Notes: generated from the letters alone by a model not told the origin. A stretch of DNA of 64,000 nucleotides from Parcubacteria group bacterium (GCA_041660065.1 JBAZXC010000001.1:328535-392534), one strand, 5' to 3'. Positions 1-8,691 are shown, numbered from the stretch's first letter. A program made the numbers and translations.

Positions 1-1814
1 GGCGGAATTTCCACACTACCGGATTGTTTCATACGTTTCTTTCCCTTTTTTTGTTTTTCCAATAACTTTCTTTTGCGCGTAATATCACCGCCATAGAGTC
101 CCGCGATCACATCCTTGCGAAATGCACTGATCGTTGCGCGTGCGATCACTTTTGCGCCGATCGTTGCCTGAAGCGCCACGGCAAAGTTTTGTCGCGGAAG
201 TACTTCTTTGAGCTTGTCAACGATTTCTTTGCCGATGTGAAACGCACTTTTTTTCGGTACAATGCGAGAAAACGCATCGATCAATTCCCCGGCAACCATA
301 ATGTCCAATTTGATCAGATCGCTCTTGCGATAGCCCGACATTTCGTAATTCATCGATGCATATCCACTTGAAATACTTTTCAGTTGATCATGGAAATCCA
401 CGATCACTTCCATAAGCGGTGCATTGAAAGTCAGTTGCACACGGTCCGCATCGATATAATTCGTGTTGACATATTCTGCACGCGTTGTGTTCATGAGCTC
501 CATGATATTTCCCAGATATGTGGACGGTGCAATAATATCCAATTTTGCATATGGCTCATGAATTTCCTCGACAATTGATGCATCCGGCAACTCTGCCGCT
601 GAATAAATATCGATCAGTTCATCAGAATTTTTCTTTCGTATTTTATACACGACACTCGGCGTTGTGATCGTCGGTTGCAGACCGAATTCACGATCCAATC
701 GCGCTTGGATGATCTCCAGATGAAGCAGTCCCAAAAAGCCACAACGAAATCCCCGCCCCAAGGCTTGATTGCTCTCCGGCTCAAAACGAAACGCCCCATC
801 ATTGAGTGTGAGTTTATCCATTGCATCCCGCATCACATTGTATTCCCCACCATCCACAGGATAAAAGCTCGCATACACCATCGGTTTGACCACGCGATAC
901 CCGGGAAGCTGTACAATGCGATCATAGTTTTTTTCTTTATTGCTCTGTTTCAATGTGACCGTATCACCAACCCTGCACTCCACAACCGTTTTGAACCCCG
1001 TGGCGATATAGCCGATATCTCCCATCGTGAGCGTGTCGCATGCATCATATTGCGGACGGAAGTGCCCGAGCTCAACGATACCACTATCTTTTTTTGTCGC
1101 CATCATATGAATGTCGTCCCTTTTGGAAATCGCGCCATCCACCACCCGCACATACGCCAAGACACCCTTATACGAATCGTACACGCTGTCAAAGATCAAT
1201 GCGCGAAAATCAGCATTTTCATTTCCCCGCGGTGCCGGCACACGATCGATCACCACTTTCAATAACTCCTCCACGCCCTCGCCCGTCTTCCCGCTCACAG
1301 CCAAAATCTCCTCCTCTTTGCATCCGAGGATATGGATCACTTCTTTCTTTACTTTTTCCACATCCGCATTTGGCAGATCGATCTTGTTGAGCACAGGAAT
1401 GATCTCCAGATCATGCTCCAATGCAAAATAGAGATTGGTCAATGTCTGCGCTTGCACACCCTGTGACGCATCCACAAGCAAGATCGCACCTTCTACAGCT
1501 GCAAGTGATCGTGACACTTCATAGGCGAAATCCACATGTCCCGGCGTATCGATCAAATTCAACGTGTATTCAATTCCTTCCTCTCCCCCTTTCGTAAAGG
1601 AGGATCTGGAGGAGGATTTATATGTATATTTCATCTGTACCGGTTGTAATTTGATGGTAATGCCACGCTCTCGCTCCAAGTCCATCCCGTCCAGCATTTG
1701 CTCCTTCATCTTGCGCTTCTCCACAGTACCGGTCACTTCCAAAAGACGGTCAGCCAACGTAGACTTCCCATGATCGATATGCGCAATAATACAGAAATTT
1801 CGAATATTCTTCAT
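1..1814 (-). CDS. lepA: Elongation factor 4 (LepA); 3' end runs off the window
   Basis: Manual translation MKNIRNFCIIAHIDHGKSTLADRLLE...ERGITIK...LIDTPGHVDF; C-terminal KQKKGKKRMK near position 1. Confidence 0.97.
   Translation of the reverse strand, partial: MKNIRNFCIIAHIDHGKSTLADRLLEVTGTVEKRKMKEQMLDGMDLERERGITIKLQPVQMKYTYKSSSRSSFTKGGEEGIEYTLNLIDTPGHVDFAYEVSRSLAAVEGAILLVDASQGVQAQTLTNLYFALEHDLEIIPVLNKIDLPNADVEKVKKEVIHILGCKEEEILAVSGKTGEGVEELLKVVIDRVPAPRGNENADFRALIFDSVYDSYKGVLAYVRVVDGAISKRDDIHMMATKKDSGIVELGHFRPQYDACDTLTMGDIGYIATGFKTVVECRVGDTVTLKQSNKEKNYDRIVQLPGYRVVKPMVYASFYPVDGGEYNVMRDAMDKLTLNDGAFRFEPESNQALGRGFRCGFLGLLHLEIIQARLDREFGLQPTITTPSVVYKIRKKNSDELIDIYSAAELPDASIVEEIHEPYAKLDIIAPSTYLGNIMELMNTTRAEYVNTNYIDADRVQLTFNAPLMEVIVDFHDQLKSISSGYASMNYEMSGYRKSDLIKLDIMVAGELIDAFSRIVPKKSAFHIGKEIVDKLKEVLPRQNFAVALQATIGAKVIARATISAFRKDVIAGLYGGDITRKRKLLEKQKKGKKRMKQSGSVEIP
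1581..1620 (-). repeat. Short palindromic dispersed repeat inserted in frame in lepA
   Basis: Minus strand TAAATCCTCCTCCAGATCCTCCTTTACGAAAGGGGGAGAG encodes KSSSRSSFTKGGE; related intergenic copy at 50729-50763. Confidence 0.65.
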
Positions 1815-1870
1815 AATAGTTTCAGAGCTACATTACTTATATTATACCAAACAACTAAATACAGCGTCTT

Positions 1871-1899
1871 TCATCCCTCGAAGCTTTAGCGTAGTGGGA
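1871..1899. repeat. Variant of the CGTAGCTTTAGCGAAG palindromic repeat family
   Basis: TCATCCCTCGAAGCTTTAGCGTAGTGGGA imperfect hairpin, related to copies at 18886, 40704 and 50798. Confidence 0.55.
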
Positions 1900-1932
1900 C
1901 AAAAATTTCTAATTTTTTTCATAAAAAATAGC

Positions 1933-2313
1933 TTACGTAATTTTGTTAATCTCTCTTAAAAGTGCCTTATCAAAAGTCTGAACATGATAAAACTTTGTCA
2001 GATACAGAAGTGAGCAATCAACAAAGGAAAGTTTATTGGTCTTCATTTCTTGAAAGACACTCACTGTCCCGACAAAAAAAACATTGTCCGACAAAATGAT
2101 TTCTATCTCATTATTATCCAAAGCAAAACGCAAAAATTTATCAGCGGTTTTTTTATTCACCCGCAAAGATAAAACCGAGCAGATCTCCGCCAGTAAATAT
2201 TCCGGCAGAACAATTTTCTCATCCACATTCTCAAAAATTTCCTTGGCTTTTTTATGCTGATTGTCCGCTTTACTTAAGTAAGCGATCCAAATATTCGAAT
2301 CTAAAATACGCAT
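1933..2313 (-). CDS. PIN-domain (VapC-like) toxin
   Basis: ILDSNIWIA, E in LLAEI, LSFVDC, TFDK: PIN acidic residues. Confidence 0.9.
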   Translation of the reverse strand: MRILDSNIWIAYLSKADNQHKKAKEIFENVDEKIVLPEYLLAEICSVLSLRVNKKTADKFLRFALDNNEIEIILSDNVFFVGTVSVFQEMKTNKLSFVDCSLLYLTKFYHVQTFDKALLREINKIT

Positions 2314-2319
2314 ACTATT

Positions 2320-2553
2320 CTAGTAAATTTGTTTGTCAATTTTGCTACTCAAATCTTTATCCTTAACAACAAATTGGATTTTCTTTGCATCGCTTAGACT
2401 ATACTGCTTATTGGTCGTATCTTTTATAGGCTCTATCCTGAATATGGGTTTAGAGTTTTTGACAACCAAAAAGGACTGTCCGCGAAGGACTTGATCAGAA
2501 ATCTTTTTGAGATCTTTATATAATTGCTTCACCCCAATAATTTGAGCTTCCAT
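2320..2553 (-). CDS. Phd/YefM-like antitoxin
   Basis: 77 aa, IIGVKQL...GQSFLVVKNSKPIFRI, directly upstream of the PIN gene. Confidence 0.75.
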   Translation of the reverse strand: MEAQIIGVKQLYKDLKKISDQVLRGQSFLVVKNSKPIFRIEPIKDTTNKQYSLSDAKKIQFVVKDKDLSSKIDKQIY

Positions 2554-2651
2554 AAAAATAGGTCGACTAATTATCTAACTATAGTTTAACTTTTATGTGG
2601 GAAATAGTCAATGATTCAAAGCATCTTCTAGTATTATGTATCTTGTTTTAA

Positions 2652-2730
2652 ATCTCGCCTCCCCCAAATTGCGCTGTGGTAAGTCAAGGTTTAATGATAT
2701 AATCGAAATAGGTGAATGTTTAAAGTTTTT
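2652..2730 (+). repeat. Promoter/recombination platform, copy 1 (truncated)
   Basis: ATCTCGCCTCCCCCAAATTGCGCTGTGG...TGATATAATC...AGGTGAATGTTTAAAGTTTT matches copies at 3219 and 6679. Confidence 0.8.
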
Positions 2731-2737
2731 TGAAAAA

Positions 2738-2767
2738 CGCCCTCTGGGAGATTATCCCAGAGAGCGC
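2738..2767. terminator. Hairpin/terminator of the minus-strand orphan gene
   Basis: CGCCCTCTGGGAGATTATCCCAGAGAGCG with an adjacent A-run. Confidence 0.6.
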
Positions 2768-2787
2768 AACTGCGATGTGAAAAAAGG

Positions 2788-3057
2788 TTATTCGACGGGT
2801 TGAAAATATCCGGACAGATGATCATATCTGGCTTTTGACCCGTCACTAAATGACAACACGACCGGTTCCGCATCTGTCACTTCAGGATGAACATCTGTTA
2901 TCTTGCCAAAAAAATATTTCATCTCTTGCCAAGTTTCAGACCCGAATATTCTCGGCTTTGTCTGCTGTTTGATAGTATTCCAAAAAATCGAAAAATCGAC
3001 CACCTCAACGCTATTATCTTCAACAAACTCACAGAACCTTTCTGCCACTGTTTCCAT
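2788..3057 (-). CDS. Hypothetical protein (89 aa, probable start METVAERF)
   Basis: ORF with GGAG SD before the ATG at 3057 and its own terminator. Confidence 0.6.
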   Translation of the reverse strand: METVAERFCEFVEDNSVEVVDFSIFWNTIKQQTKPRIFGSETWQEMKYFFGKITDVHPEVTDAEPVVLSFSDGSKARYDHLSGYFQPVE

Positions 3058-3218
3058 TTTTACTCCATTGCTCGGTTTGACCACCAACCAAGCCAAGGCA
3101 TGATTGAAGGAACTAGCCTTAATCCAGAACTTACACTACCATCGTAATTGACTATTATACCAGCTTTTAACAACCGTGTCAAGCCAAAATTCAAATAATT
3201 TCAAAAAATGGCTTACAT

Positions 3219-3366
3219 TAAGGAAAATATTTGTAATTTTCATATCTCGTCCACCCAAATTGCGCTGTGATAAAACAAAGTTTAATGATATAATCAAGAC
3301 AGGTGAATGTTTGAAGTTTTAGCCAATAAACACAGGCGTAACTTCAGATATTCGGAAACGTTATGA
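3219..3366 (+). promoter_or_regulatory. Platform copy 2: extended -10 promoter plus att-like hairpin site
   Basis: TGATATAAT, then GAATGTTTGAAGTT (3305-3318) / AACTTCAGATATTC (3340-3353) inverted arms, then GTTATGA core at 3360. Confidence 0.7.
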
Positions 3367-3430
3367 AAAATATCGCTTCGCTCATTTTTCATAACGTGCG
3401 CGAATATGCGAAGAGGGCTCAGCAATACAT
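3357..3430 (+). repeat. 74-bp ORF-less mini-cassette, copy 1
   Basis: Identical to 5696-5769; contains GTTATGAAAAAT-ATCGCTTCGCTC-ATTTTTCATAAC hairpin. Confidence 0.9.
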
Positions 3431-3431
3431 C

Positions 3432-3531
3432 TCATAACAACGGATATGCGGCATATCGCCCAAATTTTCTGAGCCAGCCACCCTTTGGGATGTCTGTCTC
3501 AGAAAACTTCGCATATTCGCGCACGTTAGAC
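3432..3531 (+). mobile_element. attC-like recombination site
   Basis: TCATAAC ... GTTAGAC ends; inner arms GGATATGCG / CGCATATTC; internal TTTTCTGAG / CTCAGAAAA stem. Confidence 0.7.
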
Positions 3532-3666
3532 GAAATAAATTTATTTTATTTTTAAATTCGCTTTTTATAATAAGGAAAAATAAGTTTTTTTTATCTATTT
3601 ATAGAGGGGGAATAAGGTGTTTTTTCTGCTCTGGGAAGGCTGCAGAAAAAAATTAATTAAAAAACT

Positions 3667-4173
3667 ATGAAATTAATTACAATAAATGGACCATGCGGCA
3701 TTGGAAAAAGTACTTTATCGGAAAAAATACATGCCAACATGCCACTTTCTTTTCTTTTAGACATTGATGCCCAAAGAAGATTCATAAGTCAATACAGGGA
3801 GAAAAAAGAAGAAAGCGGTAAGATAATGATGACTATCTCAAAGGCGATAATTAAAAGTTGCCTAGAAGACGATCGCGATATCATTATTGATAAAATAATG
3901 CTTGATAATGATGTTCTTGATTTTTATTATGAAATTGCAAAGATATATGGCGCTGATGTTTATGAAATTATTCTTTGGGCGCCAAAAGAAGTTGTTATGA
4001 AACGTGCTAATGAGCGTGGTTGGCGAGAAGGTGGATTATTGACGCCAGAAAAATGCGAAATATTTTGGGATAAAATTGATGTATTAAAAAATACTCGACC
4101 TCAGGCACATATTATAAACATTGATAAAATGTCTGAGGATGAAACTTATCTTGAGGTAGCTAAAATACTATAA
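3667..4173 (+). CDS. P-loop AAA/nucleotide-kinase-like protein
   Basis: INGPCGIGKST Walker A at the N-terminus; lid-like MKRANER. Confidence 0.8.
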   Translation: MKLITINGPCGIGKSTLSEKIHANMPLSFLLDIDAQRRFISQYREKKEESGKIMMTISKAIIKSCLEDDRDIIIDKIMLDNDVLDFYYEIAKIYGADVYEIILWAPKEVVMKRANERGWREGGLLTPEKCEIFWDKIDVLKNTRPQAHIINIDKMSEDETYLEVAKIL

Positions 4174-4186
4174 TTTTTTTTAGGCT

Positions 4187-4813
4187 ATGATATATCTAAT
4201 TGGTGGTCCTCCAAAATGTGGAAAGACGACACTGGCAAAAACATTATCAAAATCATTGGGAATTCCGTGGGTTTCTACTGACACCCTTCAATGTGTGATT
4301 AAGCCGTACATGAATGAAAGGGATTTTTCAAAAAAATTTCCTACAAGCTATCAGCGCGGTAAAGATAATGATGAAAAATACTCTAAATTTTCATCGAGGG
4401 AAATTATTGAAGCCTATCAACAACAGGCAAAAACTGTTTATGAGGCAGTAGATATGTTCACGGTTTGTGAAATTACTGACGGCAATGATTTTATTATTGA
4501 AGGCTATCATGTTGAGCCTGAGCTTGTTGCAAAACTAAACTTGAAATATCCAGAGAAAATTGAGAGTATTTTTCTTGTGAAATCTGACAAGGAAAAATTT
4601 ATTTGCGATATAAAGAAAAGTACAACCACAAATGATTGGATAATCGCAAGAACAAATAATGAAGAAACTTATCAGAAAATCGCAAACATGATTTGTGAGT
4701 ACGGAAATTTTTTTGAAAAAGAATCTGAAAAGTACGACTTCAAGGTGTTAAATATGGACAATGATTTTGATAATCAGATCAAGGAGGCAATTAATTATTT
4801 AATAACCGCCTAA
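4187..4813 (+). CDS. P-loop kinase (2-phosphoglycerate-kinase-like)
   Basis: IGGPPKCGKTT, VSTD, IIEG motifs. Confidence 0.75.
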   Translation: MIYLIGGPPKCGKTTLAKTLSKSLGIPWVSTDTLQCVIKPYMNERDFSKKFPTSYQRGKDNDEKYSKFSSREIIEAYQQQAKTVYEAVDMFTVCEITDGNDFIIEGYHVEPELVAKLNLKYPEKIESIFLVKSDKEKFICDIKKSTTTNDWIIARTNNEETYQKIANMICEYGNFFEKESEKYDFKVLNMDNDFDNQIKEAINYLITA

Positions 4814-4823
4814 AATAATTATT

Positions 4824-5434
4824 ATGAATTTTGATTTAAACAACTTAGAAGAGTATTTAAAAGAAAAAATACTACCAGACTTAGAAAATAGTCGCGGTGG
4901 TTTTGACAAAATTCACACATTGGAAGTCGTTGATTGGTTAAAGCAGATTATTCGCCACAATCCTGAATTAGAACTAGACGAAACGGTTTTGCTAATTGCG
5001 GCGTATGCTCATGATTGGGGTTATGCGGGTCTTTTTAGAGACGGGCAGGTGATGAATTCTGAAATAATTGAGAACGCCAAAAAATTGCACATGGAGTTAG
5101 GCGCAAAAAATAATTGAAACCTTGCTGAACAATAATTTTTTCTCTTTTTTGACCGATGCGCAAAAATCGCGTTGCGTTCACCTTGTAGCTGTTCATGACA
5201 AGAAGTTTGAAATTAAAGATGTTGACGAAATAATTTTAATGGAAGCTGACGTGTTGAGTGGCTTGGATGTAAATACTGAAAAACCTGTGATAGACGCCAA
5301 ATCTAATATATATCTCATGAAATCGGCGCTTAATGTAAGAATTCCGAAGTTTATTACTGATTTTAGTAGGAATGAGGCGAAAAAACTGCTCCTAGCTAGA
5401 AAAAATTACTATGAGCAAAAAAAGAGAAAGCTAA
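4824..5434 (+). pseudogene. HD-domain phosphohydrolase interrupted by two poly-A frameshifts
   Basis: HTLEV...AYAHDWG...HMELG continues as IIETLL...VHD...EAD after removing one A at 5105-5110; removing one A at 5417-5423 ends it at TAATAA 5432-5437. Confidence 0.7.
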
Positions 5435-5554
5435 TAAGGAGTTTTGAATTTTTGGCATTCACCCCTGACCCCTCTGCCAAAAATCCAAAACAAAAAAGCT
5501 TATTTAATCTATTTAGAATAAAAAGCGAATTTAAAAATAAAATAAATTTACATC

Positions 5555-5705
5555 GTCTAACAACCCATATCTGGTTACAGAAATTTGCATCAATGACTAA
5601 TAATAAGGAGTGCAAATTTCTTCCACCCAAATTTTTGCCTTCCCTTTCTTTATATATTACAATAAGGAAGGAAGACAAAAACTTCAGATATGAGTAACGT
5701 TATGA
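5555..5705 (+). mobile_element. attC-like recombination site
   Basis: GTCTAAC ... GTTATGA ends; inner arms CATATCTG / CAGATATG; internal hairpins. Confidence 0.7.
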
Positions 5706-5769
5706 AAAATATCGCTTCGCTCATTTTTCATAACGTGCGCGAATATGCGAAGAGGGCTCAGCAATACAT
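5696..5769 (+). repeat. 74-bp ORF-less mini-cassette, copy 2
   Basis: Identical to 3357-3430. Confidence 0.9.
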
Positions 5770-5866
5770 AACACTGGATATCAGGTTCCGTAAAAAGAAA
5801 TTATTATAGTTTTTTGTTAAAAAACGTAATACTAATATCAACGTACTGACATTAGGAGGATTCATT

Positions 5867-6025
5867 ATGAGTCAAGATGGGGATGATAAAATCATCAACG
5901 AAGAGTTAGACAGACTTGAATCTGAAGGTAAAGATGTTGATGATCTACGAAAGTTTTTGCTCGATAAAGACAGAGGCAACTCTTTGGTTGATCCAGAGCT
6001 AGAAAAATACGGATGCTTTGACTAA
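5867..6025 (+). CDS. Small acidic protein (52 aa), below the ORF-track cutoff
   Basis: AGGAGG SD, then MSQDGDDKIINEELDRLESEGKDVDDLRKFLLDKDRGNSLVDPELEKYGCFD. Confidence 0.65.
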   Translation: MSQDGDDKIINEELDRLESEGKDVDDLRKFLLDKDRGNSLVDPELEKYGCFD

Positions 6026-6352
6026 GCACAAATGCACAACCAAGCCCTGTTTATGAAAATATATAAACAGGGCTTGAATCTTATTTAAGAACGCTATAAT
6101 AATTTCTTTTATTCCATTCAAATATTTGATATTATTTATAAATAATATCAGGGGTATCAAAAACTTTTGATACCGAGAAATATTTTGCAATATCCGCTTC
6201 ACTCATTTTTCATAATACCGAATAGCTGGTTACACAGAAAAAAAATCACAAATATCCTTTCATTTTTAAATAGCCCTTTTTTGAAATTCTTTGAAAAAAG
6301 TCCCCAGCAGAAATAGAATCTGCCAGGGACAAGACGTGGGCTTGCGCGCTGT

Positions 6353-6565
6353 TCACAAAAAAACAGAACGCAGTTCGCCAAATGTGTTTGATCCGCTGCT
6401 TGACGACACTGATGAAAGAACGATCGGAATGAAGATGGGGAGTAACTGCGACATTGGCGTTACATACACCATCGCTTCAGCAGGCACAAAATGTGGCAAG
6501 ACAGTAACGTTGATAATTGCTACCAACGTGTTCCAAACCGCAATCACGAGAAATATTTGTCTCAT
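6353..6565 (-). CDS. Small membrane protein (70 aa)
   Basis: AAGGAGG SD before MRQIFLVIAVW; two hydrophobic stretches. Confidence 0.55.
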   Translation of the reverse strand: MRQIFLVIAVWNTLVAIINVTVLPHFVPAEAMVYVTPMSQLLPIFIPIVLSSVSSSSGSNTFGELRSVFL

Positions 6566-6678
6566 ATAACCCTCCTTGTATAGTATGTCAGCAGGAAATC
6601 CACTGAACCGTGCATCGTAGCATATTTCAAAGCTTTTGTCCATAGGCGTTTCAAAAAATTTAAAATAAAGACTTATGA

Positions 6679-6831
6679 TAAGGAAAATATTTGCAATTTT
6701 CATATCTCGCTCACCCACGTTGCGCTTTGGTAAATCAATGCTTGGTGATATAATCAAAATAATTGGATATTGAAGTTTTGGCCGATATGCACAGGTGCAA
6801 CTTCAGATATTTGAAAACGTCAATTGAAATT
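6679..6831 (+). promoter_or_regulatory. Platform copy 3: promoter plus att-like hairpin
   Basis: About 150 bp homologous to 3219-3362, including TGATATAAT and AACTTCAGATATT. Confidence 0.7.
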
Positions 6832-6843
6832 TAATCATCAAAC

Positions 6844-7311
6844 ATGAACAACATTAGAAATAAAAGCATATCTGCAGGTATTAAGATAGAAAAAATGACC
6901 AGAAAAGATCTGCCTATTCTATTTCATTTTGGCAAAGATCAGTGGAAAAAGTCTGATTGGCTTACTATGGAATATTTGCGCTCTTCATTCGAACAGAGCG
7001 GCCCTAGTTATGTGGCAAAAATTGGAGATGATGTGGTTGGCGGCGTGATCTTTGTATATGAAGACATCGTGAGGAACTGGATCCGATATCTGATCATCAA
7101 TAAAAAATTCCGAAGACAAGGGGTTGGGACAGCGTTGCTCCAAAAGATCTTTGAACAAATGAAGTCTGGCGAGAGCATTTTTGTCGATACGGGCGTCAGC
7201 GATAAAGATGCGATCAACTTCTATGAAAAATGCGGCTTCAAAAATCGCGGAATGGTCAAGAGCCTCTATGGAAACGAGCCGGCCTATTTTCTAGAAAAGA
7301 CGTTCAATTGA
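6844..7311 (+). CDS. GNAT family N-acetyltransferase
   Basis: FRRQGVGTAL motif A; AINFYEKCGF motif B. Confidence 0.92.
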   Translation: MNNIRNKSISAGIKIEKMTRKDLPILFHFGKDQWKKSDWLTMEYLRSSFEQSGPSYVAKIGDDVVGGVIFVYEDIVRNWIRYLIINKKFRRQGVGTALLQKIFEQMKSGESIFVDTGVSDKDAINFYEKCGFKNRGMVKSLYGNEPAYFLEKTFN

Positions 7312-7383
7312 ATTTCAAACGAAATTTTTGGCAATATTACACAACAAAAATACGTATTAGCCGAGACGCATTAATTTACTGCT

Positions 7384-7833
7384 ATGGAGATGATAAAACA
7401 TTTTACTGCCACTACTTATGTTGTGCACGAAAAGAAAGTGCTTTTGCATTTTCACAAGAAACTTCACATGTGGCTGGCAATTGGTGGTCACATCGAGGAC
7501 AATGAACTTCCCGAGGAAGCTGCCTTACGAGAAATAGCTGAAGAAACCGGTTTGATCGCAACCCTTTATGATCCGGATGGACAAATTGGCGTTAGTGATG
7601 TTGAGCAATTAATTCGCCCGATGCATATCTTGCTTGAAGATATTGGCGGGACGCATAAACATATTGACCTTATCTACTATGCGAGAACTGAGTCCGATGT
7701 ATTAAATCCGCAAGACGGAGAGACCGCCAACATAAAATGGTTCACAACTGATGACATACAAAACCTTGATGCGCCGGAAAATGTAAAGACACTTTCTTTA
7801 GCAGCAATTCTTCTTTTATGCCCTACCGATTAA
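7384..7833 (+). CDS. NUDIX hydrolase
   Basis: GGHIEDNELPEEAALREIAEETG Nudix box. Confidence 0.93.
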   Translation: MEMIKHFTATTYVVHEKKVLLHFHKKLHMWLAIGGHIEDNELPEEAALREIAEETGLIATLYDPDGQIGVSDVEQLIRPMHILLEDIGGTHKHIDLIYYARTESDVLNPQDGETANIKWFTTDDIQNLDAPENVKTLSLAAILLLCPTD

Positions 7834-7911
7834 CATTATACAAAAAATAAAAAGGTCTTTCATGATACTAATGAAAAACCTTTGTGAATCGTAAGGATCG
7901 TCACCTAAATG

Positions 7912-8232
7912 TTAAAAATATTTTTGGTAAGAATTCAGTGTTGTGCCGATATCTCGCGCTTCCCGAAGATACGCATAAATGCTGGGAAGTTTGAATCCCG
8001 GAATGTCCATACTTTCTTCCCCCACTTTGATCTGATACAACGTTTTGCTATCGACACACAATGCTGCCAGTTCCGTTAAGAATTCTTCGATCTTTTCCAC
8101 TGCAATGGCACACCCATGACCATTGATGCCATACAAATGCACTTCTGCGCTACCGTTTTTCGTCGCAACCATCATGACCGCCGGTGGAGTATCTCCTTCA
8201 CTTAAAAACTTGATCGCATCTGAAATATCCAT
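7912..8232 (-). CDS. Hypothetical protein
   Basis: 106-aa ORF with AAGGAG SD and a downstream hairpin. Confidence 0.65.
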   Translation of the reverse strand: MDISDAIKFLSEGDTPPAVMMVATKNGSAEVHLYGINGHGCAIAVEKIEEFLTELAALCVDSKTLYQIKVGEESMDIPGFKLPSIYAYLREARDIGTTLNSYQKYF

Positions 8233-8316
8233 ATTCTTCTCCTTCTTCTGTTGAATGATCTCGCTATTTTTCGACTATTGCAGTCGTCACGAAAATATCG
8301 TCGATTGACATGCATA

Positions 8317-8691
8317 TTATGCCACAGCCTGACTCTCAAGGAACTTTTGAATATTGACGTCCCATGCGCTGTTTACCCTCGGACAACCATGTTCACATCG
8401 AATAACCTTGTCAGGATTTTTTTGCTTTTCCGATGCACATGCCGGACAGACTACCGACCGACAGATTATCCTGACGTTTGCAAATGCGGGATCCAAATCT
8501 GCAATTATTTTTGGAAGACCATCCTTCACCTCATCCATCGTAGCCGCTAAGAATACCTCTTTGGGACCATCAATCGTCTTGCCACAAAACTGCACGTATT
8601 CCGCCGATGAAGCCTCGGGGAAATTCTGAACGATCTTCAAAAACTCATCTGAGACTGCCACAACCTCAAACCACATTATAGATGATTTCAT
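8317..8691 (-). CDS. Hypothetical protein, possible zinc-binding (start MKSSIMW)
   Basis: GGAGG SD; CPAC and CEHGC motifs. Confidence 0.6.
   Translation of the reverse strand: MKSSIMWFEVVAVSDEFLKIVQNFPEASSAEYVQFCGKTIDGPKEVFLAATMDEVKDGLPKIIADLDPAFANVRIICRSVVCPACASEKQKNPDKVIRCEHGCPRVNSAWDVNIQKFLESQAVA

Noticed and set aside
189-1889. Several plus-strand ORFs of 60-196 aa
   Set aside because: Antisense shadows of lepA, which is missing from the ORF track because its stop lies outside the window
5435-5697. C-terminal ~85 aa of ORF 5122..5697 as real protein
   Set aside because: Low-complexity read-through across the inverted repeat and att site after a frameshift
6566-6757. N-terminal extension of ORF 6353..6757
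   Set aside because: Overlaps the non-coding platform repeat; an SD supports the start at 6565
2652-6831. Repeats as a possible CRISPR array
   Set aside because: Repeats are 74-150 bp, irregularly spaced and separated by whole genes; no cas genes
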